Assembly: GCF_963921235.1 (NCBI RefSeq)
Contig: NC_086108.1
Location: 116,314,001-116,378,000, forward strand
DNA: 64,000 nucleotides
From: Mobula hypostoma
Taxonomy: Eukaryota
Direction: 5' to 3'
The stretch's first letter is position 1. Each line of letters opens with the position of its first letter. Shown piece by piece: positions 24,265-37,928 of this stretch. Below the pieces are notes generated by a model. The model had not been told where the DNA came from. It worked only from the letters and a program-made list of their open reading frames with translations, and made no database searches. A program made the translations under genes and the position numbers.

Positions 24265-27200
24265 TCAGAGACACACAGGGATGTGGGGTAATGGGTTTCA
24301 GAGACACACAGCGATGTGGGATGATGGTCGGTTTCAAAGACACACAGCGATGTGGGGTGATGGTGGGTTTTAGAGACACTCAGGGATGTGGGATGTTGGA
24401 CAATTTCCGAGACACACAGTGATGTGGGGTGATCGTCGGTTTCAGAGACACACAGGGATGTGGGGTGATGGGTTTGAGACACACAGGGATGTGGGGTGAT
24501 GGTGTGTTTCAGAGACACGCAGGGATGTGGGGTGATGGAGGGTTTCAGAGACACACAGGGATGTGGGGTGATGGTGGTTTTCAGAGTCACACAGTGATGT
24601 GGGTTGATGGAGGGTTTCAGAGACACACAGGGACGCGGGGTATTGGTGAATTTCAGAGTCACACAGGGATGTGGGGTGATGGCGTTCAGAGACACACAGG
24701 GAAGTGGGGTGATGGAGAGTTTCAGGGGCACACAGGGATGTGGGGTGATGGGTTTCAGAGACACCCAGGGATGTGGGGTCATGGGTTTCAGAGACACACA
24801 GGGATGTGGGGTGATGGGTTTCAGAGAAACACAGGGATGTGGGGTGATGGAGGTTTTCAGAGACAACACAGTGATGTAGTGTGATGGGTTTCAGAGACAC
24901 CCAGGGATGTGGGGTCATGGGTTTCAGAGACACACAGGGTTGTGGGGTGATGGAGAGGTTCAGAGACACACAGGGATGTGGGGTGATGGGTTTCAGAGAA
25001 ACACGGGGATGTAGGGTGATGGACGGTTTCAGAGACAACACAGTGATGTAGTGTGATGGGTTTCAGAGACATACAGGTATGTGGGGTGATGGAGGGTTTC
25101 AGAGACACACAGCGATATGGGGTGATGCTGGGTTTCAGAGACATACAGGGATGTGGGGAGATAGACAGTTTCAGAGACACACAGGGATGTGGGGTGATGG
25201 TGGGTTTCAGAGACACTCAGGGATGTGGGATGATGGACAGTTTCCGAGACACACAGTGATGTGGTGTGATCGTGGGTTTCAGAGACACTCAGGGATGTGG
25301 GGTGATGGGTTTGAGACACACAGGGATGTGGGCTGATGCGTTTGAGACATACAGGGATGTGGGGTGATGGGTTTCAGAGACACACAGGGATGTGGGGTTA
25401 TGGTGGGTTTCAGAGACACACAGGGAAGTGGTGTGATGGAGGGTTTCAAAGACACTATGCGATGTGGGTTGATGGTGGGTTTCAGAGACACCCATTGATG
25501 TGTGGTGGTAGGTTTCAGAGACACACAGGGTTGTGGGTGATTGGGAGGTTCAGAGACACGCAGGGATGTGGGGTGATGGGTTTCCGAGAAATACAGGGAT
25601 GCGGGGTGATGGAGGGTTTCAGAGACAAAACAGTGATGTAGTGTGATGGGTTTCAGAGACATTCAGGGATGTGGGGTGATGGAGGGTTTCAGAGACACAC
25701 AGGGATGTGAGGTGTTGGTGGGTTTCAGAGACACACAGGGATGTAGGGTGATGGTGGGTTTCAGAGATACACAGGGATGTTGGGTGATGGTGGGTTTCAG
25801 AGACACACAGGGATGTGGGGTGATGGGTTTCAGAGGCACACAGGGATGTGGGTTGATGGGTTTCAGAGACACTATGGGATGTGGGGTGATGGTGGGTTGG
25901 GTTTCAGAGACACACAGGGATGTGGGGTGATGGGTTCCAGAGACACATAGGGATGTGGGGTGATGTGTTTCCTAGACACACAGGGTTGTGGTGTGATGGA
26001 GAGGTTCAGAGACACACAGGGATGTGTGGTGATGGGTTTCAGAGACACACAGGGATGTGGGGTGATGGGTTTCAGAGAAACACCGGGATGTGGGGTGATG
26101 GAGGGTTTCAGAGACAACACAGTGATGTAGTGTGATGCTGGATTTCAGAGACACACAGGGATGTGGGGTGATGGTGGGTTTCAGAGACACAGAGGGATGT
26201 GGGGTGATCGGTTTCAAAGACACTCAGGGATGTGGGGTGATGGACAGTTTCCGAGACACACAGTGATGTGGGGTGATCGTGCGTTTCAGAGAGGGATGTG
26301 GGGTGATGGGTTTGAGACACACAGGGATGTGGCGTGATGTGTTTCAGAGACACACAGGGATGTGGGATGATGGTCGGTTTCAAAGACACACAGCGATGTG
26401 GGGTGATGGTGTGTTTCAGAGACACACAGGGATGTGGGTTTATGGTGGGTTTCAGAGACACACAGGGATATGGGGTTGTGGTTTTCAGAGACACACAGCG
26501 ATGTGGGATGATGGTCGGTTTCAAAGACACACAGCGATGTGGGGTGATGGTGTGTTTCAGAGACACACAGGGATGTGGGTTTATGGTGGGTTTCAGAGAT
26601 ACACAGGGATGTGGGGTGATGGGTTTGAGACATACAGGGATGTGAGGTGTTGGTGGGTTTCAGAGACACACAGGGTGTGGGGTGATGGTGGGTTTCAGAG
26701 ATACACAGGGATGTGGGGTGATGGTGGGTTTTAGAGACACTCAGGGATGTGGGATGTTGGACAATTTCCGAGACACACAGTGATGTGGGGTGATCGTCGG
26801 TTTCAGAGACACAGAGGGATGTGGGGTGATGGTTTTGAGACACACAGGGATGTGGGGTGATGGTGTGTTTCAGAGACACACAGGGATGTGGGGTGATGGA
26901 GGGTTTCAGAGACACACAGGGATGTGGGGTGATGGTGGTTTTCAGAGTCACACAGTGATGTGGGTTGATGGAGGGTTTCAGAGACACACAGGGACGCGGG
27001 GTGATGGTGAATTTCAGAGACACGCAGGGAAGTGGGATGATGGTGGGATTCAGAGTCACACAGGGATGTGGGGTCATGGCGTTCAGAGACACACAGGGAA
27101 GTGGGCTGATGGAGAGTTTCAGAGGCACACAGGGATGTGGGCTGATGGGTTTCAGAGACACCCAGGGATGTGGGGTCATGGGTTTCAGAGACACACAGGG

Positions 27201-30200
27201 ATGTGGGGTGATGGGTTTCAGAGAAACACAGGGATGTGGGGTGATGGAGGTTTTCAGAGACAACACAGTGATGTAGTGTGATGGGTTTCAGAGACACCCA
27301 GGGATGTGGGGTCATGGGTTTCAGAGACACACAGGGTTGTGGGGTGATGGAGAGGTTCAGAGACACACAGGGATGTGGGGTGATGGGTTTCAGAGAAACA
27401 CGGGGATGTAGGGTGATGGACGGTTTCAGAGACAACACAGTGATGTAGTGTGATGGGTTTCAGAGACATACAGGTATGTGGGGTGATGGAGGGTTTCAGA
27501 GACACACAGCGATATGGGGTGATGCTGGGTTTCAGAGACATACAGGGATGTGGGGAGATAGACGGTTTCAGAGACACACAGGGATGTGGGGTAATGGGTT
27601 TCAGAGACACACAGCGATGTGGGATGATGGTCGGTTTCAAAGACACACAGCGATGTGGGGTGATGGTGGGTTTTAGAGACACTCAGGGATGTGGGATGTT
27701 GGACAATTTCCGAGACACACAGTGATGTGGGGTGATCGTCGGTTTCAGAGACACACAGGGATGTGGGGTGATGGGTTTGAGACACACAGGGATGTGGGGT
27801 GATGGTGTGTTTCAGAGACACGCAGGGATGTGGGGTGATGGAGGGTTTCAGAGACACACAGGGATGTGGGGTGATGGTGGTTTTCAGAGTCACACAGTGA
27901 TGTGGGTTGATGGAGGGTTTCAGAGACACACAGGGACGCGGGGTATTGGTGAATTTCAGAGTCACACAGGGATGTGGGGTGATGGCGTTCAGAGACACAC
28001 AGGGAAGTGGGGTGATGGAGAATTTCAGAGGCACACAGGGATGTGGGGTGATGGGTTTCAGAGACACCCAGGGATGTGGGGTCATGGGTTTCAGAGACAC
28101 ACAGGGATGTGGGGTGATGGGTTTCAGAGAAACACAGGGATGTGGGGTGATGGAGGTTTTCAGAGACAACACAGTGATGTAGTGTGATGGGTTTCAGAGA
28201 CACCCAGGGATGTGGGGTCATGGGTTTCAGAGACACACAGAGTTGTGGGGTGATGGAGAGGTTCAGAGACACACAGGGATATGGGGTGATGGGTTTCAGA
28301 GAAACACAGGGATGTAGGGTGATGGACGGTTTCAGAGACAACACAGTGATGTAGTGTGATGGGTTTCAGAGACATACAGGTATGTGGGGTGATGGAGGGT
28401 TTCAGAGACACACAACGATATGGGGTGATGCTGGGTTTCAGAGACATACAGGGATGTGGGGAGATAGACGGTTTCAGAGACACACAGGGATGTGGGGTGA
28501 TGGTGGGTTTCAGAGACACTCAGGGATGTGGGATGATGGACAGTTTCCGAGACACACAGTGATGTGGTGTGATCGTGGGTTTCAGAGACACACAGGGATG
28601 TGGGGTGATGGGTTTGAGACATACAGGGATGTGGGGTGATGGGTTTCAGAGGCACACAGGGATGTAGGGTGATGGGTTTCAGAGACACACAGGGATGTGG
28701 GTTTATGGTGGGTTTCAGAGACACACAGGGAAGTGGTGTGATGGAGGGTTTCAAAGACACTATGCGATGTGGGTTGATGGTGGGTTTCAGAGACACCCAT
28801 TGATGTGTGGTGGTAGGTTTCAGAGACACACAGGGTTGTGGGTGATTGGGAGGTTCAGAGACACGCAGGGATGTGGGGTGATGGGTTTCCGAGAAATACA
28901 GGGATGCGGGGTGATGGAGGGTTTCAGAGACAAAACAGTGATGTAGTGTGATGGGTTTCAGAGACATTCAGGGATGAGGGGTGATGGAGGGTTTCAGAGA
29001 CACACAGGGATGTGAGGTGTTGGTGGGTTTCAGAGACACACAGGGATGTAGGGTGATGGTGGGTTTCAGAGATACACAGGGATGTTGGGTGATGGTGGGT
29101 TTCAGAGACACACAGGGATGTGGGGTGATGGGTTTCAGAGGCACACAGGGATGTGGGTTGATGGGTTTCAGAGACACTATGGGATGTGGGGTGATGGTGG
29201 GTTGGGTTTCAGAGACACACAGGGATGTGGGGTGATGGGTTCCAGAGACACATAGGGATGTGGGGTGATGTGTTTCCTAGACACACAGGGTTGTGGTGTG
29301 ATGGAGAGGTTCAGAGACACACAGGGATGTGTGGTGATGGGTTTCAGAGACACACAGGGATGTGGGGTGATGGGTTTCAGAGAAACACAGGGATGTGGGG
29401 TGATGGAGGGTTTCGGAGACAACACAGTGATATAGTGTGATGGGTTTCAGAGACATACAGGTATGTTCGGTGATCGAGGTTTCAGAGACACACAGGGATG
29501 TGGTGTGATGCTGGGTTTCAGAGACATACAGGGATGTGGGGAGATGGAGGGTTTCAGAGACACACAGGGATGTGGTGTGATGCTGGATTTCAGAGACACA
29601 CAGGGATGTGGGGTGATGGTGGGTTTCAGAGACACAGAGGGATGTGGGGTGATGGGTTTCAAAGACACTCAGGGATGTGGGGTGATGGACAGTTTCCGAG
29701 ACACACAGTGATGTGGGGTGATCGTGCGTTTCAGAGAGGGATGTGGGGTGATGGGTTTGAGACACACAGGGATGTGGCGTGATGTGTTTCAGAGACACAC
29801 AGGGATGTGGGGTAATGGGTTTCAGAGACACACAGCGATGTGGGATGATGGTCGGTTTCAAAGACACACAGCGATGTGGGGTGATGGTGTGTTTCAGAGA
29901 CACACAGGGATGTGGGTTTATGGTGGGTTTCAGAGACACACAGGGATATGGGGTTGTGGTTTTCAGAGACACACAGGGATGTGGGGTGTTCGTGGGTTTC
30001 AGAGATACACATGGATGTGGGGTGATGGGTTTGAGACATACAGGGATGTGAGGTGTTGGTGGGTTTCAGAGACACACAGGGTGTGGGGTGATGGTGGGTT
30101 TCAGAGATACACAGGGATGTGGGGTGATGGTGGGTTTTAGAGACACTCAGGGATGTGGGATGTTGGACAATTTCCGAGACACACAGTGATGTGGGGTGAT

Positions 30201-31000
30201 CGTCGGTTTCAGAGACACAGAGGGATGTGGGGTGATGGTTTTGAGACACACAGGGATGTGGGGTGATGGTGTGTTTCAGAGACACGCAGGGATGTGGGGT
30301 GATGGAGGGTTTCAGAGACACACAGGGATGTGGGGTGATGGTGGTTTTCAGAGTCACACAGTGATGTGGGTTGATGGAGGGTTTCAGAGACACACAGGGA
30401 CGCGGGGTGATGGTGAATTTCAGAGACACGCAGGGAAGTGGGATGATGGTGGGATTCAGAGTCACACAGGGATGTGGGGTGATGGCGTTCAGAGACACAC
30501 AGGGAAGTGGGGTGATGGAGAGTTTCAGAGGCACACAGGGATGTGGGCTGATGGGTTTCAGAGACACCCAGGGATGTGGGGTCATGGGTTTCAGAGACAC
30601 ACAGGGATGTGGGGTGATGGGTTTCAGAGAAACACAGGGATGTGGGGTGATGGAGGTTTTCAGAGACAACACAGTGATGTAGTGTGATGGGTTTCAGAGA
30701 CACCCAGGGATGTGGGGTCATGGGTTTCAGAGACTCACAGGGTTGTGGGGTGATGGAGAGGTTCAGAGACACACAGGGATGTGGGGTGATGGGTTTCAGA
30801 GAAACACGGGGATGTAGGGTGATGGACGGTTTCAGAGACAACACAGTGATGTAGTGTGATGGGTTTCAGAGACATACAGGTATGTGGGGTGATGGAGGGT
30901 TTCAGAGACACACAGCGATATGGGGTGATGCTGGGTTTCAGAGACATACAGGGATGTGGGGAGACAGACGGTTTCAGAGACACACAGGGATGTGGGGTGA
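24265..31000 (+). repeat. About 3.3-3.4-kb higher-order duplication
   Basis: Offsets 24429/27732, 24857/28160 and 25053/28356 (3303); 25872/29177 (3305); 26790/30196 and 27450/30856 (3406). The copies differ by monomer indels and point changes. Confidence 0.82.
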
Positions 31001-34000
31001 TGGTGGGTTTCAGAGACACTCAGGGATGTGGGATGATGGACAGTTTCCGAGACACACAGTGATGTGGTGTGATCGTGGGTTTCAGAGACACACAGGGATG
31101 TGGGGTGATGGGTTTGAGACATACAGGGATGTAGGGTGATGGGTTTCAGAGACACACAGGGATGTGGGGTTATGGTGGGTTTCAGAGACACACAGGGAAG
31201 TGGTGTGATGGAGGGTTTCAAAGACACTATGCGATGTGGGTTGATGGTGGGTTTCAGAGACACCCATTGATGTGTGGTGGTAGGTTTCAGAGACACACAG
31301 TGTTGTGGGTGATTGGGAGGTTCAGAGACACGCAGGGATGTGGGGTGATGGGTTTCCGAGAAATACAGGGATGCGGGGTGATGGAGGGTTTCAGAGACAA
31401 AACAGTGATGTAGTGTGATGGGTTTCAGAGACATTCAGGGATGTGGGGTGATGGAGGGTTTCAGAGACACACAGGGATGTGAGGTGTTGGTGGGTTTCAG
31501 AGACACACAGGGATGTAGGGTGATGGTGGGTTTCAGAGATACACAGGGATGTTGGGTGATGGTGGGTTTCAGAGACACACAGGGATGTGGGGTGATGGGT
31601 TTCAGAGGCACAAAAGGGATGTGGGTTGATGGGTTTCAGAAACACTATGGGATGTGGGGTGATGGTGGGTTTCAGAGACACTATGGGATGTGGGGTGATG
31701 GTGGGTTGGGTTTCAGAGACACACAGGGATGTGGGGTGATGGGTTCCAGAGACACCCAGGGATGTGGGGTGATGTGTTTCCTAGACACACAGAGTTGTGT
31801 TGTGATGGAGAGGTTCAGAGACACACAGGGATGTGTGGTGATGGGTTTCAGAGACACACAGGGATGTGGGGTGATGGGTTTCAGAGAAACACAGGGATGT
31901 GGGGTGATGGAGGGTTTCAGAGACAACACAGTGATGTAGTGTGATGGGTTTCAGAGACATACAGGTATGTGGGGTGATCGAGGTTTCAGAGACACACAGG
32001 GATGTGGGGTGATGCTGGGTTTCAGAGACATACAGGGATGTGGGGAGATGGAGGGTTTCAGAGACACACAGGGATGTGGTGTGATGCTGGATTTCAGAGA
32101 CACACAGGGATGTGGGGTGATGGTGGGTTTCAGAGACACAGAGGGATGTGGGGTGATGGGTTTCAAAGACACTCAGGGATGTGGGGTGATAGACAGTTTC
32201 CGAGACACACAGTGATGTGGGGTGATCGTGCGTTTCAGAGACATACAGGGATGTGGGGAGATGGAGGGTTTCAGAGACACACAGGGATGTGGTGTGATGC
32301 TGGATTTCAGAGACACACAGGGATGTGCGGTGATGGAGGGTTTCAGAGACACAGAGGGATGCGGGGTGATGGTGGGTTTCAGAGACACACAGGGATGTGG
32401 GGTGATGGACAGTTTCAGAGACACACAGGGATGTGGGGTTGTTGGTTTCAGAGACACACAGGGATGTGGGGTTGTTTGTTTCAGAGACACACAGGTATGT
32501 GGGGTGATGGTGGGTTTCAGAGACACACAGGGATGTGGGGTGATGGGTTTTTCGAGACACACAGCGATGTGGGATGATGGTCGGTTTTAGAGACACCCAG
32601 GGATGTAGGGTGATGGTCGCTTTCAGAGACACACAGGTATGTGGGGTTATGGTGGGTTTCAGAGAGACACAGGGATGTGGGGTGATGAGTTTCAGAGACT
32701 CACTGGGGTGTGGGCTGATGGTGTGTTTCAGAGAAACACAGGGATGTGGGGTGATGGTGGGTTTCAGAGTCACACTGGGATGTGGGGTGATGGCGTTCAG
32801 AGACACAAAGGGATGTGGGGTGATGGTAGGTTTCAGAGACACACAGGGATGTGGGTTGATGGGTTTCAGAGACACAGGGATGTGGTGTGATGGAGAGTTT
32901 CAGAGACACACAGGGATGTGGGGTGATGGGTTTCAGAGACACACAGGGTTGTGGGGTGATGGAGAGGTTCAGAGACACACAGGGATGTGGGGTGATTACT
33001 TACAGAGACACACAGGGATGTGGGGTGATTACTTACAGAGACACACAGGGATGTGGGCAGATGGAGGGTTTCAGAGACACACAGTGATATGGGGTGTTGG
33101 TGGGTTTCAGAGACACTCAGGGATGTGGGTGATGGTGGGTTTCAGAGACACAGGGATGTGGGGTGATGGTGGGTTTCAGAGACACACAGGGATGTGGGGT
33201 GATGGGTTTCAGAGACACACAGCGATGTGGGATGATGGTCGGTTTCAGAGACACCCAGGGATATGGGGTGATGGTTGCTTTCAGAGACACACAGGGATGT
33301 GGGGTTATGGTGGGTTTCAGAGAGAAACAGGGATGTGGGGTGATGAGTTTCAGAGACTCACTGGGGTGTGGGCTGATGGTGGGTTTCAGAGACACACAGG
33401 GATGTGGGGTGATGGTGAGTTTCAGAGACACTCAGGGATGTGGGGTGATGGGTTTGAGACATACAGGGATGTGGGGTGATGGGTTTCACAGGCATACAGA
33501 GATGTGGGGTGATGGAGGGTTTCAGAGACACACAGGGATGTGGGCAGATGGAGGGTTTCAGAGACACACTGGGATTGTGAGGTGATGGTGGGTTTCAGAG
33601 ACACACAGGGATGTGGGGTGATGTGTTTCCTAGACACACAGAGTTGTGTTGTGATGGAGAGGTTCAGAGACACACCGGGATGTGTGGTGATGGGTTTCAG
33701 AGACACACTGGGATGTGTGGTGATTGGTTTCAGAGAAACACAGGGATGTGGGGTGATGGGTTTCGGTGTCACACAGGGATGTGTCATGATGGTGGGTTTC
33801 AGAGTCACTCACGGATGTGGGGTGATGCATTTCAGAGACACACAGGTATGTGAGGTGATGGGTTTCATAGACACACAGGGATGTGGGGTGATGGTGTTTT
33901 TCCGAGACACACAGGGATGCGGGGTTATCGAGATTTTCAGAGACACACAGGGACGTGGGATGATTGTGTGTTTCAGAGGCACCCAGGGATGTGGGGTGAT

Positions 34001-35119
34001 GGGTTTCAGAGAAACACAGGGATGTGGGGTGATGGTGGATTTCAGAGACACACAGGGATGTGGGGTGATGGGTTTCAGAGACACACAGCGATGTGGGATG
34101 ATGGTCGGTTTCAGAGACACCCAGGGCTGTGGGGTTATGGTGGGGTTATGGTGGGTTTCAGAGAGACACAGGGATGTCGGGTGATGAGTTTCAGAGGCTC
34201 ACTGGGGTGTGGGCTGATGGTGTGTTTCAGAGACACACAGGGATGTGGGGTGATGGTGGGTTTCAGAGTCACACAGGGATGTGGGGTGATGGCGTTCAGA
34301 GACACACAGGGATGTGGGGTGATGGTGGGTTTCAGAGACACACAGGGATGTGGGATGATGGGTTTCAGAGACACACAGGGATGTGGTGTGATGGAGAGTT
34401 TCAGAGACACACAGGGATGTGGGATGATGGGTTTCAGAGACACCCAGGGATGTGAGGTGATGGGTTTCAGAGACACACAGGGTTGTGGGGTGATGGAGAG
34501 GTTCAGAGACATACAGGGATGTGGTGTGATGGGTTTCAGAGACACACAGGGATGTGGGGTGATGGATTTGAGACATACATGGATGTGGGGTGATGGGTTT
34601 CGGAGACACACAGAGATGTGGGGTTATGCTGGGTTTCGGAGACACACAGGGATATGGGGTTCTGGGTTTCAGAGACACACAGGGATGTGGGGTGATGGGT
34701 TTGAGACATACAGGGATGTGGGGTGATGGGTTTCAGAGACACACAGGGATATGGAGTTCTGGGTTTCAGAGACACACAGGGATGTGGGGTGATGGAGAGT
34801 TTCAGAGATACACAGGGATGTGGGGTGATGGGTTTCAGAGACACACAGGGATGTGGTGTGATGGAGAGTTTCAGAGACACAGGGATGTGGGATGATGGGT
34901 TTCAGAGACACCCAGGGATGTGGGGTGATGGGTTTCAGAGACACACAGGGTTGTGGGGTGATGGAGAGGTTCAGAGACATACAGGGATGTGGGGTGATGG
35001 GTTTCAGAGACACACAGGGATGTGGGGTGATGGATTTGAGACATACATGGATGTGGGGTGATGGGTTTCGGAGACACACAGAGATGTGGGGTTATGCTGG
35101 GTTTCGGAGACACACAGGG

Positions 35120-37928
35120 ATATGGGGTGATGGGTTTCAGAGACAAACAGGGATATGGGGTTCTGGGTTTCAGAGACACACAGGGATGTGGAGTGATGGT
35201 CGCTTTCAGAGACACACAGGGATGTGGGGTGATGGAGGTTTTCAGAAACAACACAGTGATGTAGTGTGATGGGTTTCAGAGACACCCAGGGATGTGGGGT
35301 CATGGGTTTCAGAGACACACAGGGTTGTGGGGTGATGGAGAGGTTCAGAGACACACAGGGATGTGGGGTGATGGGTTTCAGAGAAACACGGGGATGCAGG
35401 GTGATGGACGGTTTCAGAGACAACACAGTGATGTAGTGTGATGGGTTTCAGACACATACAGGTATGTGGGGTGATGGAGGGTTTCAGAGACACACAGCGA
35501 TATGGGGTGATGCTGGGTTTCAGAGACATACAGGGATGTGGGGAGATAGACGGTTTCAGAGACACACAGGGATGTGGGGTGATGGTGGGTTTCAGAGACA
35601 CTCAGGGATGTGGGATGATGGACAGTTTCCGAGACACACAGTGATGTGGTGTGATCGTGGGTTTCAGAGACACACAGGGATGTGGGGTGATGGGTTTGAG
35701 ACATACAGGGATGTGGGGTGATGGGTTTCAGAGGCACACAGGGATGTAGGGTGATGGGTTTCAGAGACACACAGGGATGTGGGGTGCTGGGTTTGAGACA
35801 TACAGGGATGTGGGGTGATGGGTTTCAGAGGCACACAGGGATGTAGGGTGATGGGTTTCAGAGACACCCATTGATGTGTGGTGGTAGGTTTCAGAGACAC
35901 ACAGGGTTGTGGGTGATTGGGAGGTTCAGAGACACGCAGGGATGCGGGGTGATGGAGGGTTTCAGAGACAAAACAGTGATGTAGTGTGATGGGTTTCAGA
36001 GACATTCAGGGATGAGGGGTGATGGAGGGTTTCAGAGACACACAGGGATGTGAGGTGTTGGTGGGTTTCAGAGACACACAGGGATGTAGGGTGATGGTGG
36101 GTTTCAGAGATACACAGGGATGTTGGGTGATGGTGGGTTTCAGAGACACACAGGGATGTGGGGTGATGGGTTTCAGAGGCACAAAAGGGATGTGGGTTGA
36201 TGGGTTTCAGAAACACTATGGGATGTGGGGTGATGGTGGGTTTCAGAGACACTATGGGATGTGGGGTGATGGTGGGTTGGGTTTCAGAGACACACAGGGA
36301 TGTGGGGTGATGGGTTCCAGAGACACCCAGGGATGTGGGGTGATGTGTTTCCTAGACACACAGAGTTGTGTTGTGATGGAGAGGTTCAGAGACACACAGG
36401 GATGTGTGGTGATGGGTTTCAGAGACACACAGGGATGTGGGGTGATGGATTTGAGACATACATGGATGTGGGGTGATGGGTTTCGGAGACACACAGAGAT
36501 GTGGGGTTATGCTGGGTTTCGGAGACACACAGGGATATGGGGTTCTGGGTTTCAGAGACACACAGGGATGTGGGGTGATGGGTTTGAGACATACAGGGAT
36601 GTGGGGTGATGGGTTTCAGAGACAAACAGGGATATGGGGTTCTGGGTTTCAGAGACACACAGGGATGTGGAGTGATGGTCGCTTTCAGAGACACACAGGG
36701 ATGTGGGGTGATGGAGGTTTTCAGAGACAACACTGTGATGTAGTGTGATGGGTTTCAGAGACACCCAGGGATGTGGGGTCATGGGTTTCAGAGACACACA
36801 GGGTTGTGGGGTGATGGAGAGGTTCAGAGACACACAGGGATGTGGGGTGATGGGTTTCAGAGAAACACGGGGATGCAGGGTGATGGACGGTTTCAGAGAC
36901 AACACAGTGATGTAGTGTGATGGGTTTCAGACACATACAGGTATGTGGGGTGATGGAGGGTTTCAGAGACACACAGCGATATGGGGTGATGCTGGGTTTC
37001 AGAGACATACAGGGATGTGGGGAGATAGACGGTTTCAGAGACACACAGGGATGTGGGGTGATGGTGGGTTTCAGAGACACTCAGGGATGTGGGATGATGG
37101 ACAGTTTCCGAGACACACAGTGATGTGGTGTGATCGTGGGTTTCAGAGACACACAGGGATGTGGGGTGATGGGTTTGAGACATACAGGGATGTGGGGTGA
37201 TGGGTTTCAGAGGCACACAGGGATGTAGGGTGATGGGTTTCAGAGACACACAGGGATGTGGGGTGCTGGGTTTGAGACATACAGGGATGTGGGGTGATGG
37301 GTTTCAGAGGCACACAGGGATTTAGGGTGATGGGTTTCAGAGACACCCATTGATGTGTGGTGGTAGGTTTCAGAGACACACAGGGTTGTGGGTGATTGGG
37401 AGGTTCAGAGACACGCAGGGATGCGGGGTGATGGAGGGTTTCAGAGACAAAACAGTGATGTAGTGTGATGGGTTTCAGAGACATTCAGGGATGAGGGGTG
37501 ATGGAGGGTTTCAGAGACACACAGGGATGTGAGGTGTTGGTGGGTTTCAGAGACACACAGGGATGTAGGGTGATGGTGGGTTTCAGAGATACACAGGGAT
37601 GTTGGGTGATGGTGGGTTTCAGAGACACACAGGGATGTGGGGTGATGGGTTTCAGAGGCACAAAAGGGATGTGGGTTGATGGGTTTCAGAAACACTATGG
37701 GATGTGGGGTGATGGTGGGTTTCAGAGACACTATGGGATGTGGGGTGATGGTGGGTTGGGTTTCAGAGACACACAGGGATGTGGGGTGATGGGTTCCAGA
37801 GACACCCAGGGATGTGGGGTGATGTGTTTCCTAGACACACAGAGTTGTGTTGTGATGGAGAGGTTCAGAGACACACAGGGATGTGTGGTGATGGGTTTCA
37901 GAGACACACAGGGATGTGGGGTGATGGG
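35120..37928 (+). repeat. 1479-bp tandem duplication
   Basis: Offsets 35242/36721, 35414/36893, 35664/37143 and 35962/37441. The rare marker AGACAAACAG occurs at 35141 and 36620. Confidence 0.86.

Noticed and set aside
36715..36740. Reverse-orientation RSS (GGTTTTCAG...CACTGTG)
   Set aside because: The spacer is 6 nt, not 12 or 23, and the site is a single point variant.
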